Origin: Mizuhopecten yessoensis
Taxonomy: Eukaryota
Assembly: GCF_002113885.1 (NCBI RefSeq)
Contig: NW_018406583.1
Coordinates: 873,478-937,477 of the forward strand
Direction: 5' to 3'
Length of the DNA: 64,000 bases
Numbering within the stretch: position 1 is the first letter of the stretch; every line of letters begins with the position of its first letter. Positions 25,579 through 37,251 of the stretch are shown piece by piece. A program made the translations under genes and the position numbers. The notes under the pieces are model-generated. The model was given only the letters and a program-made list of their open reading frames with translations. It was not told the DNA's origin and did not search any database.

Positions 25579-26721
25579 ATGACTTCGCGAAAATCCAAGA
25601 AGCAGATAATTGTCACGACGGTAATTCTATTCATAGTTGGTAACATAAGTCTGGTGTTTGAGATTAGTTCTGTTGAAGAATCGTATGGTCGTAGAAAGCT
25701 TATCATAAGTGGCAATATGTATCAAAACGTTTCTATCTTTCAACATTATCCTCTTGATGTAGATCTAGCAAATGTTGTCAATGAGGCAATATTACATAAC
25801 ACAAACATTCCGTATAAACCCATTAACCCGTATTCCTATAAATGTATACACACTCCTGTTCCGTGTGATTTTAAACGAGCCGAGAATGAAAGCAATTCAA
25901 TCCTTATCGTTGTGAAATCACATGTACTTAACACCAACCAACGACTTGCTATTCGACATGTGTGGAAGAATGCACGTGACAAACGCGTTCGGCTGGTATT
26001 CCTGCTTGGAACTTACAGTTTAGAAGGCGAACAATGGCGGATTGAAAAAGAAGTTAAACTGTATCACGATATCGTTCAGGGAAACTTCGTCGACAGTTTT
26101 GATCACATCACATACAAAATAGTTATGGCATTTAACTGGATCGATAGACATTGCACCCAAGCTGACTTTTTGCTATTCGTTGATGATGATTTCTACGTGT
26201 ATCCGACAGCAATGTTGACATTTCTAAGACAACTACCAAATCAACAGGATACATTTATTGGAAAAGTAATACAGAAACAATTTGTTAAACATAATTAAGA
26301 TATTCAAAAAACGCCTAAATTTAGGCATTATACATTTAAGGAAATACCGACGTATGTGCATGGTGGATCATTCGTGATGTCACAAGACACGGCGCACAAG
26401 TTTCATATAGCTTTTCCCTATGTTAAATACTTTGAAATTGATGATATCTATCTTGGAATTGTGGCACAAAAACTCGGCATCCATCCGCGGCATGACTCGC
26501 GTTTCGACACCAGTAGCCCCCTGGCACTAGCCTTTGAGTGTTCTCACTTTGCCCCGAGACTGTTGAAAGGGGAGTGTCCCCTATCTGGATGGCGCAGGAC
26601 TCTCCCTCCTGTAACAGTAACACAGGTGACAAAGAAGCCCGATACCTTCTGGGTACGCCTCAGGATGTTACCCCAAATAATGAAATCTGCAGCAAAACAG
26701 ACGTTTCATTCATTTGTATAG
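25579..26721 (+). pseudogene. GT31 gene with a single in-frame TAA at 26296-26298 (G3); pseudogene, null allele or base error
   Basis: ORFs 25579..26298 and 26356..26721 are in the same frame (offset 777 nt). Reading through gives GKVIQKQFVKHN*DIQKTPKFRHYTFKEIPTYVHGG, the same length as the matching segment of G2 domain 2. FVDDDFY, IDDIYLG and ECSH are retained. Acceptor ends at 25392. Confidence 0.85.
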
Positions 26722-29700
26722 GATATAACAATGTTCTTTTAGAACCATAAGTACTCATAAGTATTTGCAATAAATACATATTTGATAAGTTTACGTTTTA
26801 CTGTTGACATGTACTTCTAGTTACATTATCTGATATCTTTTTTTCCAATCAAAGTTCTTTTATATCAAATCATGTAGTCTAATGTGAGAAGGCGTGATTA
26901 AGTTGAGATATCTTATCATTCGCACTGTTCTTGCACTGTAGTTACATGTATTTCAGTCGTACATAAAACAGCACATATAAATGTAGATATTGTTACATGC
27001 AATTACAGCAGTGACATTTGCTAAAGTACTATTTCAAAAATGTACAAATCCTTGCCCAAGTTTCAAAACGTTTCTTAACTTAAAGAAATGCCTTAATTTA
27101 AATCTTAAGAAAAGGAAATTTTCCTTGAAGTTTGTAATTTCCCCATGTAAAGTGTAAGGTTCGAAAGACTTTACTTGGGTAAGGTAACGTTAAGGAAAAT
27201 GGAATATTATATAATTGCTATGACATAACATTGTGAATTGAAAACATAGCTAACGTTTCTTTCTTGCAATATTTCAAGATTTAGATTATTACAATTTCTA
27301 ATTATGAAATAAAAATCAAGGTCATTCTCAAAAATGCATATCTATCTCTTATTGTATCAATAGCAGGAGGCAACAAATCTGAATAGAAACAACATGTGTT
27401 AGAGGGAAACCTCGTCCGTTTTCCACTCAGAAAAAAGCTTACTCCGCTAATATAAACCTTCTATGTAGTGTTTAAAACAGCGTAAATGCCTAAAGAGTAG
27501 GTTAATTTGCGGTTTAAGGTTAGCTAATCCGTCGACAATCACTTTCATTATGACTTCCAATAGAATAAATAAATTTAATTCAAACTTATAAATGTCGATA
27601 AATAAATCCTCAAAACGATATATGTTTTGTTAAAGACCTCAGTGGTTATGATCACTTACGCTCTCTGCACTCCTGGAATATGTCATAGCAAAAAGTTAGG
27701 CTCAGTGTGCGCCACCTTCTGATAAATCAAGAAGACTAGCTTGATCCATTGATGTATATCAAAAGAATCTCGCGGTCGCAAAACGGTAAAGTTGACTAGC
27801 TTTGAAGTCGGGGCCGCTCCTCAGTAATCTTCAAATGAAAGATATCAGCCTAGTGACTGGTCAGGGTACTTTTATCTGAGAGTAATAAAAAAAGTAGTCG
27901 CGCGCCTTCAATTTTGTTATGACATATCCCAGGGTTGCAAAAATCGAACGTGAGTGTAACCCCTGGAGTATCGAGGATGGCCCTGAGGATATATCAGGTG
28001 TAATTGTGCAACTTGTACAAACCTCTAGTTCAATACCTCCTCTTAAAAAGGGCAGGATATAAATCAGTAACGATAAGTGAATACAATATGTATGTATTAC
28101 CGTGCGAGTTTGAAACTAAATTCTTGCAGTGTTGACATTTTAAACTTATCACCTGTCGCAATATAACCCTTCCCATATCATATCATGTATCAACAGGAGA
28201 CCCCAGATGTCCCGAAGGCAATAGGGCTAATATAGATCGATGGCTAATATAGATCGAGGGCTAATGCGGGTTAGGATGTGGAAGTGGTCCTATGATAACA
28301 TTGCTATCATATACTGATCGTTATATATATTTGTCTACAATATCAAAAGGTTAAGCAAAAACAAAACTCGAGTGTAACGGAGGCATGTTTTCTAAAATGA
28401 GTTGATGACAAAGAACTATCGATTAAAGGGAGGTAATTCTCGAGCAAGTTTTAAACGATTTCAAAATATTCATTGAATAAGGTTACGCTGGCTCTAAATG
28501 ACCGGAGTTGATGATGGGCTGTGAAATAAAAGCACACACTTCTCACATTTGGCGTTCGGTACGTAAACCTTAATCAAATTACGTGTAGGTTCCTTTGTCG
28601 CATATTTGGCAATATAAGAGTTAGTTTTATGGACTTGTCATGTCAAGACATTTTTTGTGTAAGTTGGGCACTGGCTCTTAAGGTCATAGGAGTGTGTTGA
28701 TAAACGGAAATAGGAAGTACATCTCTAGTTGAAAATCCAATGTAGGGAGACAGTATCACAATTTCCGCATATTCTAATGAGTCAAGAGCTGTGATGAATA
28801 TTGCATGTTTATTAATGACAGAACAGTGTGTTCTCTCAATATTAAAGTATTTCAAGGCAATCCAGGCATTAATTCAGATCTTTTTTTTATCAATGAGTCA
28901 CATGTGTCCATTTTTCTATACTTCAGGAAACCTGCTACCTAGCTATTACAACTGTGTAGTTTTTCAAGAAAGATAACTCTTACATGCAATTACTATGTGT
29001 ATATGGTTTTATTATAAAATGTAATTTTAAAATTAATTTTACACAATTTCAGCATTTATTAAATTAATAAATATTAATGCAATACTAATTTCTGTCAGTA
29101 TCATTTTTATTGACATTATTTTGCAAAAAAATGTGTCTTTCATTTTTGTTTCAAAATTCACTCCTAATTACATAAATTTCCATTTAAAATCATTAAAATT
29201 CTGACAACCTATATTTTTTTGTGGCAGAAAATTTTCTTTACTTCAAAGCAATATAACTACAAAATTTGAAAAAAATCTACTGAGAAATGGTGACACAATC
29301 ATATTACCTTGGACAAATGTAAACGTTATTGATAAAACAAAATTATTAACAATTTATACTATTGATTTATTTGTACGTTTTCAACTTATAAATTGTTATT
29401 TGCAAATATGAAATCAATTCGAGTTTGGATAATGTATTTGCCTTCATTTGCCAATATGCTATTGCCATGTTGACAAAAATACATTTCCGGGTATTTTTAC
29501 CATGTACGCTGTCAAAGAACACACTGCACATGATTTAAATAAGAAAGTTAAACACACAAAAAAATGTTTCAGAATGCACCAAAGACATAATGAAAGAATC
29601 TTACAACAAAGATGTATGGGTGTTCGTTTACGGAATGACTTGTATTTTAGTAATAGCCATACTTTTATAAACGCTAAATAACGTACGTGAATACACTGTG

Positions 29701-31489
29701 GTTGTAATTACGTATAATTCCATTTAAATTCTTTTTTATCATTTTATTGAAAGGGTTCTCAAAATATGACTCTCAAAAGAAAACATGTTGACCCAACAGC
29801 ACTTCAACAATCTTGGACACTAAAGCGGATGAATAAAGGGGTCTCACCGTGTTATTTAAATCAGATGACTAAGCGTCTCATTGACAAATGTAAAAATGGC
29901 GGCTAACGTTACCGTGCCTGCATTGGAAAGGATTGTAGCTTTTTTTATACTGGTTACCATGAATGAATAACATAATTCTTGTTAGTGTTCAATAATTACT
30001 AGAAATATTAAATAAGGAAGAAGTTAGAATGAAAAATTAGAATGATAACATTTGTAACAGAATTTACGCAACGGATTAATAATATATCTCTCAATATTGA
30101 AACGTGTATTCTTCGTAAATATTTATGGGGTAAATAAAGCAATCATGTCCTCTGTTAAGTTGCAAATTCATTTCAACAAGATTTCTTTTGATAATTAATA
30201 ATGTTTGATAAAATTCTAAATATAGCCTTTTATAACTCTGCCGAATCTCTGTCAAGGATCCCCATACCACTGCCCAAACTGTAGATATACACTAGAAATT
30301 GTTTTCCGGTATGACTATAGCTTAGATAAATCATTGTTGAAAAGAAAACAAAACCTTGAAGGACTGTTCTGAAAAGAAATAAGGAATGTGAAATATGCAA
30401 GATATAATCAACAAGAGTGTTCTGCCGGCATTGAGTGGGAATCGAGTCCTGGACTTCAGATAGTTATACTAACGCTCTAACCATTGAGCCACCTGGTCAA
30501 CTAAGTTTACCTTACCGATAGTGTAACAGTAACGTCCGTAACTGAATTAAGCAGAGGTTACTGTATAACTGTATATTCAAAACACCACAGTTCTTAGGGA
30601 CAAGGATCTTTAATAAAAAAAAATATCTTTATTTGGAAGCACGTGTACAATGCAGACGCTAGCCGTGACGTCATTGTTCGACCAATCCGGTCTTTCTGCA
30701 CCAAGACCTCGAAACGAGATGGTCACGGGTCAAAGAGTCGATTTACCCGGCTAGTCGAGATTGACACTTGAATTGTTTTGTTAATCAATACGCCCTACCT
30801 TAAACATGTGTTGGCTTGTAAGTATATCAACTGTACCCTGATTGAGATATCCCGTTACTTGATCAGGGACTTATAACATTCATGACAGTTTCGAGTTCAA
30901 AAACCTTCTATTGTTATACCTTTGATTAAATGAATAAACATCCGATTTCCTCCCAAGTATTGCAACACGTTAAGGCTGTTATTCAAATATTCTCTAGTAT
31001 GACAGGGTGTACTTTAATGTGTGACAGCTCTGGCAACGACTGGTCCTTGAAGCATTTAACAGGTGTTTTTCAGGTAATAATATACATTGTTTTGTCACTA
31101 TCTATTTATAGAAGATATGATAGTTCTTTGGTATATAAACTCTCAGTTTGTTGTCATATTGTCTGCCGACGTTGATGATATATTCCTCATCTCGTATATC
31201 AAGTAATCATTAACATGTGACAAGATGGTTGATTCTCTCAGTGGACTATCAGTCCCCTAACTTGGCCGTAACCGTGTAGCTGGAATTTATTTTGGCACGA
31301 TGTTACATGAAATACAATATTGAAAATAGATTACCTGTTGTCGCCAAAAGTTGTAAATTTGTTTTGTCATAAAGGGTTTTATAAGTATCTTTCCCCTTTT
31401 GATCAATATACACATACTTCTAAACATTTTCTTGGTCAGTATGGATAATGAAAAGTTATTTTTACACAACCATATAGTTGTTATATATG

Positions 31490-31790
31490 TACCGAAATGA
31501 CTCGATTCAGCTACGCTTTGTTTAATCCTTGGTATTAAGGTATAAAACAAAGCGTAGCTGAGCCGAGTCATTTCGGGACATTTATAACAACTTTTGTACA
31601 TACGCTTACAGCGTAGCCGAGTCGACATCGGTTTTGTGGACAACTCGTACACATTTTACATCTTTGTGTGCATACGCTTCACTGGCCATTTGTCTGATGA
31701 AGGTGACAGTGTACATATCGTACAAGTCATCGAAACGTCACATTGGAAAAATTGTATTGGTTGTGTAAAAAGAACTTTTTATAATAATAC
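31490..31790 (+). mobile_element. Dispersed repeat (Penelope pLTR-like) with hairpin; related copies at ~62150-62435 and ~63140-63445
   Basis: Hairpin ccgaaatgactcgattcagctacgctttg...caaagcgtagctgagccgagtcatttcgg; a ~150-bp block is shared in reverse orientation with the 62-63 kb copies. Confidence 0.75.
31686..31746 (+). ncRNA. Minimal type I hammerhead ribozyme motif (Penelope-like)
   Basis: TGT-CTGATGA-a-GGTGAC[loop]GTCATC-GAAA-CG-TC^-ACA; helix I (TGT/ACA) and helix II can pair. Confidence 0.6.
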
Positions 31791-32251
31791 ACATACATAC
31801 GTTCGGAATATGTTAGCCATTTCTTTTGGTCATTGGTATCACACTGAGTCTAACAAATATGAAATAGACATGCCGTACTTTATTTGGCTTTTGGCATTGA
31901 CATCCTCAGTTTTGAAATAGGCTGTTTCTTACTTAATATATCGAGTGATTATCTCGTTATAATCAATTAAACTGTTGTATTTAAAAGTACAAGATTTGCT
32001 CATGATTACGGATTTATTTGTTTATATTCATAAAAGTATTACCTGTTATACTTTTATACTAGCATAGGAATAATAGCAACTTTCATGTTTATGCTTGCGT
32101 ATGAATTTTCTATGACAATCTGTAATATTTTGGTTTTCATTTTTCTGCAGAAACGGTTATCAGAAGAAATGACATGAAATCGAAATCAACGCCCACGATA
32201 GTGTATGTCCATGCCTTTTCACGCATAGAAGTATAACTAACCATTGCTACT

Positions 32252-34396
32252 ATGGCGAAATGGACGGTTACTCGACCTCGCTGTCCCTTGTTTCATCCTA
32301 TCTTTGCCGTAAGCCTGATCAGTGTTCTTGGCCTGCTGTTACAGATGCTGAATCTTGCCCTGAAAACTACAAGTAGGCCATCCATTTGGGACAGTGAAGG
32401 AAACATTCACTCATTCCTAATTCCAACGGACGAATTAAACTCATCTGACATTGAATACCTGTCGTATCAAAAGGCTTACGCGTATCCCCCTGAAGAAGGC
32501 AATCTGTCTCAGATGATTAGGGATTACATTTCACATGACAAACCAATACCCCTTAAAGTTATCAATCCTCATCCATTCTCATACATACATCGTCCGTTGC
32601 CATGCAGTTTCGATAATGGTGCTTCTGGCAAGATGATTGTGCTTATAAAGTCCTTTGCTTTAAACTTTGGATTTCGAAAGGCTCAAAGAACACTCTGGAA
32701 GAGCGTGAACCAGACATCAATGTGCTACGTGTTCATGCTAGGTTATAACGGTAATCCGGGTGTTCAGAGGAGGATAAATGAGGAAGCCAATCGCTATAGG
32801 GACGTTATGCAAGAAGATTTCATCGATGCTTACTTCAACAACACTTACAAAACAATCATGGCGTATAACTGGGTAGTACGATATTGTCCCGACGCTAATA
32901 TTTTGCTGTTTCAGGACGACGATTACCACGTTAAATGGAATGAAGTTGCAATCTATATGCGGAAACAATTCCAGGATAAGAGTGAGAATGTGTATTGTGG
33001 TAGTCTGGCCCTTAATGCCCCTCCATATAGAAAGGAGAATACTAAGTGGTTTCTTACTTTCCAGGATTATCCTTTTGACCTGTTTCCGCCGTACATAGGA
33101 GGGGGTGCATATGTTGTGTCTTTTGATGTCGCTCAACGATTTCAACGTGCATTCTCTTATGTCAGGTATTTAGGTATAGATGATGTCTATCTCGGCATTG
33201 TGGCCCAGAAACTGTCCATTCGGTCAGAAAACGAGACTCTCTTAGACACAGTGAACAGAGATTCACTAGCTAAAGAATGTTCGCATGTCGTTGATAACAT
33301 CATTAATGACAAATGTGATTTAGCTGACAGGAAGCGGGAAATATTTGAGCTTGGGTTGCAGACGACAACACTTCCAACTAAAGCCATAGTACTTGTAAAT
33401 GGTCAACCAGTTGAGGTGGATGATACTATATATTTATCATACGACGAAGAATTTGCATATCCTTTGAAAGTAAGACTTGATGAAGCAGTGAAGGGTGTGG
33501 TACTATACAACAACAAAATTCGTTTTTCTCCTATCAATGTTCATAATTTTTCGACAATAAATCAGCCATTGCCATGTTCATATCCGTCGCAAACGGGGAG
33601 ACATCAAAACTTGCTCATCCTTGTAAAAGTAGATTCAAGCAATTACAAAATACGCAATGAGATCAGATCTTTGTGGAAATCTCTTAATGATCCTGCGATC
33701 AGAGTGATATTCCTGCTAGGACATTCCTCGAAAATTCAAACTCGAGTCGACAAGGAAAGTGCTCACCACAAAGACATTCTACAGGAAAAGTTCAAAGAGC
33801 ACCATATGCACTCTACCCGCAAAATTGTAATGGGATTTAACTGGGTAGAGACCAAATGTTCTAAGGCCGACCTGGTGTTAGTGTTAGAGAGTATATACCA
33901 CGTTAACTCGACACAGATGATAGATCATCTGCAAAGATTATCAAAGAAGAAAGACGTTTTCATAGGTAAACTTTGGAAAAATGTTAGTCCTCACAGAGAA
34001 AAAGATAATAAATGGAAACTGAGTTATGACCATTATCCATTTGACAAATTCCCTCCCTATTTGTCAGGTGGAGCTTTCGTGACATCTTTTAACATTGTAC
34101 GTAAGTTTAAAATTGCTTTTCCATATGTTAAGTACTTCGGAATTGACGATGTTTACTTGGGTATAATTGCAAAGAAGCTTCGCATAATACCGACACACGA
34201 CTCCTACTTTGAACCTCTTAGCACAATAGCTCTTGTTAAGAGGTGCCCTCGAGAGTTTTATAGGATCGTTAATGGACGATGTGTGGAGCAGAATTCTCTT
34301 CCGTCGTCAGGTTCTAATAAACATTATATGTGCAACATTTTTCTTTACTTTTACCTTTCTGCGTACTCTTTTATTCAAATTTTATATTTCTGCTGA
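32252..34396 (+). CDS. Tandem two-domain GT31 glycosyltransferase; domain 2 lacks DxD; hydrophobic C-tail (G4, 714 aa)
   Basis: TM anchor. Domain 1 has LFQDDDYH, PPYIGGGAY, GIDDVYLG, ECSH. Domain 2 has LVLESIYH in place of DDD but keeps PPYLSGGAF and GIDDVYLG. Acceptor ttttctgcag ends at 32150. Confidence 0.92.
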   Translation: MAKWTVTRPRCPLFHPIFAVSLISVLGLLLQMLNLALKTTSRPSIWDSEGNIHSFLIPTDELNSSDIEYLSYQKAYAYPPEEGNLSQMIRDYISHDKPIPLKVINPHPFSYIHRPLPCSFDNGASGKMIVLIKSFALNFGFRKAQRTLWKSVNQTSMCYVFMLGYNGNPGVQRRINEEANRYRDVMQEDFIDAYFNNTYKTIMAYNWVVRYCPDANILLFQDDDYHVKWNEVAIYMRKQFQDKSENVYCGSLALNAPPYRKENTKWFLTFQDYPFDLFPPYIGGGAYVVSFDVAQRFQRAFSYVRYLGIDDVYLGIVAQKLSIRSENETLLDTVNRDSLAKECSHVVDNIINDKCDLADRKREIFELGLQTTTLPTKAIVLVNGQPVEVDDTIYLSYDEEFAYPLKVRLDEAVKGVVLYNNKIRFSPINVHNFSTINQPLPCSYPSQTGRHQNLLILVKVDSSNYKIRNEIRSLWKSLNDPAIRVIFLLGHSSKIQTRVDKESAHHKDILQEKFKEHHMHSTRKIVMGFNWVETKCSKADLVLVLESIYHVNSTQMIDHLQRLSKKKDVFIGKLWKNVSPHREKDNKWKLSYDHYPFDKFPPYLSGGAFVTSFNIVRKFKIAFPYVKYFGIDDVYLGIIAKKLRIIPTHDSYFEPLSTIALVKRCPREFYRIVNGRCVEQNSLPSSGSNKHYMCNIFLYFYLSAYSFIQILYFC

Positions 34397-36102
34397 TGAA
34401 ATAAGTCTTATTATTATAATGACAATTGATTCTCAATTTTGCTAATTTTATATTATAGCTAGCCATTTGGCATTTTGAAACATGTTGAATTGGAGAAAAA
34501 TAATCTTTATCCAATATTAAGCGATGGTACTTTGTACAAGAATATAATGTCTAGCCCTCAGCAGAGCCTGAGACTGGAAATTTCAGAATGTCGAGATTTT
34601 GCATGTTTACGCGATAGAAGATTGCTTTTCAGATAGTTAACTTTATACTATCAAACTGCATAAAAGTTATTAATGTTATAATATTCTTTTCTTGGCTTTT
34701 ACCATATTGATATGCATACAACATTTATTTACATACAAGATGTGTATTATTTGTGTATGTATTGTCAAAATAACAGTATCATTTTCCTTATTTGAACCTG
34801 TTGCCAATCTGTATCACAAAAGATTTCATTTAATACATGCTTAACATCCATCCAAGTTCTAAGAATGAATTATATATAATATTTGCAATATTTCATTAAA
34901 AAAAATCGATGCAATGTTCATTGTGTTATGTAAAACAATGTATTCTATTATCTTGTTCATTTTATCAAATACATTAAAATACATTGTATGTTATTTAACG
35001 GTTAAGGTATCATCATCAATAAACATTTGAATACAAACTGACCTTTTTATGAATTATGTTTCGTAAAAGAAAAGAAAAAACCTAATGAACATTTTAGCAA
35101 ACAGCGTTTTGGCCCTCGCATTGACATTATGCTTAATACATTAAGATACATTTTCGAACAAGATATCGATATATTCGGCCATACAAGTGAACTATTACAG
35201 GAACTTTACCATTTTTGTTTGTTTATTTCATTGTGTAGTAGCTACAACAGCGAAAATTTCATTTCACCAAAACAGTTGGAGGTATTAAAATCCACGATTG
35301 CTAACGAGGCTATAAGCCATTTTGAATGGCTACTCAACCCAACTGTATTTCATTTGTTTTTAACTTTAGCTTACTGAAATACGATAAATTGTGTATTTAT
35401 ATAAACATCTTGGTGTATGCATCAACCATGCACCAATGCAATTGATACAAAATGCTATTCTGCTCGGTAACAGTGTAAATATCTTTTGTCCCCCTGGCTT
35501 AAATGTAATAAAGGATGAGTGTCTACAAGGCCATTTTTGGGCCCAGGCATATTCGAATTTTGCCCTTCTAAATTGTCCTACTGTATTGCATGCACAAAAA
35601 CTTTGACCGAAGGTGAGATTTTGTGGGTACAAAAAAGAGGTAAGTAAATCACAAATAAAGTTTGCTGTTTTCAAAATGAGCTTAAAAACTGAAAAAATTC
35701 CATTTCTGTTTTTGAAAACATGTGTTAACTAAACATATATATAAAAGAATTTAAAATGACAGAAATTCAATCGTCACTTTAAAATCGTTTATAAAAAACA
35801 AAGGATTAAGTCAGGATGCTTTTAGGTAGTTTTCAAATGAAAAGTGTTTTGTTTTCTCAATCATTTCCTTTCTTATATATATTTTGAGTTGAAATTTTTA
35901 CAGTGTTCATTACGTTCAAATATATCAAAATCTACTGGCACATCGTTGAACACAAGCCTTCGATAATTATGGTACTGTCTATAAATTGCATTTTAAATCA
36001 ATTTAGATATTATTGAATGAAAAACCTTTACGATAATTTTGAAACCATGAATAAATAAAACTAAAAACACAAAAAAGATAAGTTGAAATATTTAAGCTTC
36101 AT

Positions 36103-37251
36103 TTAATGTTTACCAGATGTAAATATTTGTTGAAAAAACAGTAGTGATTTCTGAATCAACATCATCATATTTGTAAATACATCTGTCAAATTCTTTATTG
36201 TATATTCAAACCCTTTAGCTACACGTCCAGTGGAAACATATGCGACAGTTTGACATCGTGCCGCCAATAACTCTGAGGGAGTATGGGAGCATTCCTTTGT
36301 AATGCTTAAATGGTCTCTTCTCGACAGTTCTGTAGAGTGCCTTGGAGATATTGACAATATCTGAGCGACTATCCCTAGGTAAACGTCATCTACACCAATA
36401 TATCTGACGTAAGGAAACGCCATTTTGATTTTTTTGCTGACGTCATAAGAAATGACATAAGCCCCTCCCGCTAGGTATGGTGGATACGATCTAAAGGGGT
36501 ACACTTTAGGATCGACAAACCACGAAGATCCTACATTCCTATACGGTTGTGCCCGCCTTACAAGGTTTCCAATGAATAAATCTGTGTGATTCTTTCCGGA
36601 CTGGTATAGAAATTGAACCAGTTTATCCCATCTTACAAAATAGTCATCATCTAGAAATACCAACAATCGTGCCTCAGAGCAATACTGAGTGGCCCAGTTA
36701 AATCCCATAATAGTTTTGAAGGTATTGTTAGAGTAGGCATCAACAAAGTTTTCCTGTATCAGATCCCCGTATGTTTCATTTTCCTGAGTAATCCTGTCTT
36801 TATAATTGTCTCCAAGTCCTAACATAAATACGAGTTTAACACTTGATCGTGTAGCTTTTCTTGCCATTTTTCTTATAACAACTCTTTGGTCGATGCTTCC
36901 CACAAACGATTTCACTAACACCAGTGTATAAGGCTGTCTTGAATGTGTAAAATTGCAAGGTGATGGGGAGTAATAATATATGTAGGGGTGAGGGTTCACT
37001 TGTTGTCGAGGAAGTGGGATATTATTATTTAAATGTTTTTCTACAACCTCCCTGATGTCAAAGGTCAGGGGATAGGTATATTCCTTCGCGTTAAATCTAC
37101 TATGGTCGTTTTTTCTAGGATGAATATTGTTTTTATTGACGTTTTTGATATTGATATATAATAAATACACAAGAAATATTCCTAATAAAATACAATATAA
37201 CCGTTTTCTCTTGGGTACCGATGGAAACATTATGACTTTTCCCATATACAT
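36103..37251 (-). CDS. GT31 glycosyltransferase, single domain (G5, 382 aa)
   Basis: KRKR followed by TM (LYCILLGIFLVYLLYI); LVLVKS, LIQENFVDAYSNNTFKT, VFLDDDYF, PPYLAGGAY, GVDDVYLG, ECSH. Confidence 0.93.
   Translation of the reverse strand: MYMGKVIMFPSVPKRKRLYCILLGIFLVYLLYINIKNVNKNNIHPRKNDHSRFNAKEYTYPLTFDIREVVEKHLNNNIPLPRQQVNPHPYIYYYSPSPCNFTHSRQPYTLVLVKSFVGSIDQRVVIRKMARKATRSSVKLVFMLGLGDNYKDRITQENETYGDLIQENFVDAYSNNTFKTIMGFNWATQYCSEARLLVFLDDDYFVRWDKLVQFLYQSGKNHTDLFIGNLVRRAQPYRNVGSSWFVDPKVYPFRSYPPYLAGGAYVISYDVSKKIKMAFPYVRYIGVDDVYLGIVAQILSISPRHSTELSRRDHLSITKECSHTPSELLAARCQTVAYVSTGRVAKGFEYTIKNLTDVFTNMMMLIQKSLLFFQQIFTSGKH

Noticed and set aside
26266-26324. Small GT-AG intron removing the G3 stop; selenocysteine recoding
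   Set aside because: The candidate intron is 59 nt and would frameshift, the unspliced segment matches paralogue length, and the stop is TAA rather than TGA.
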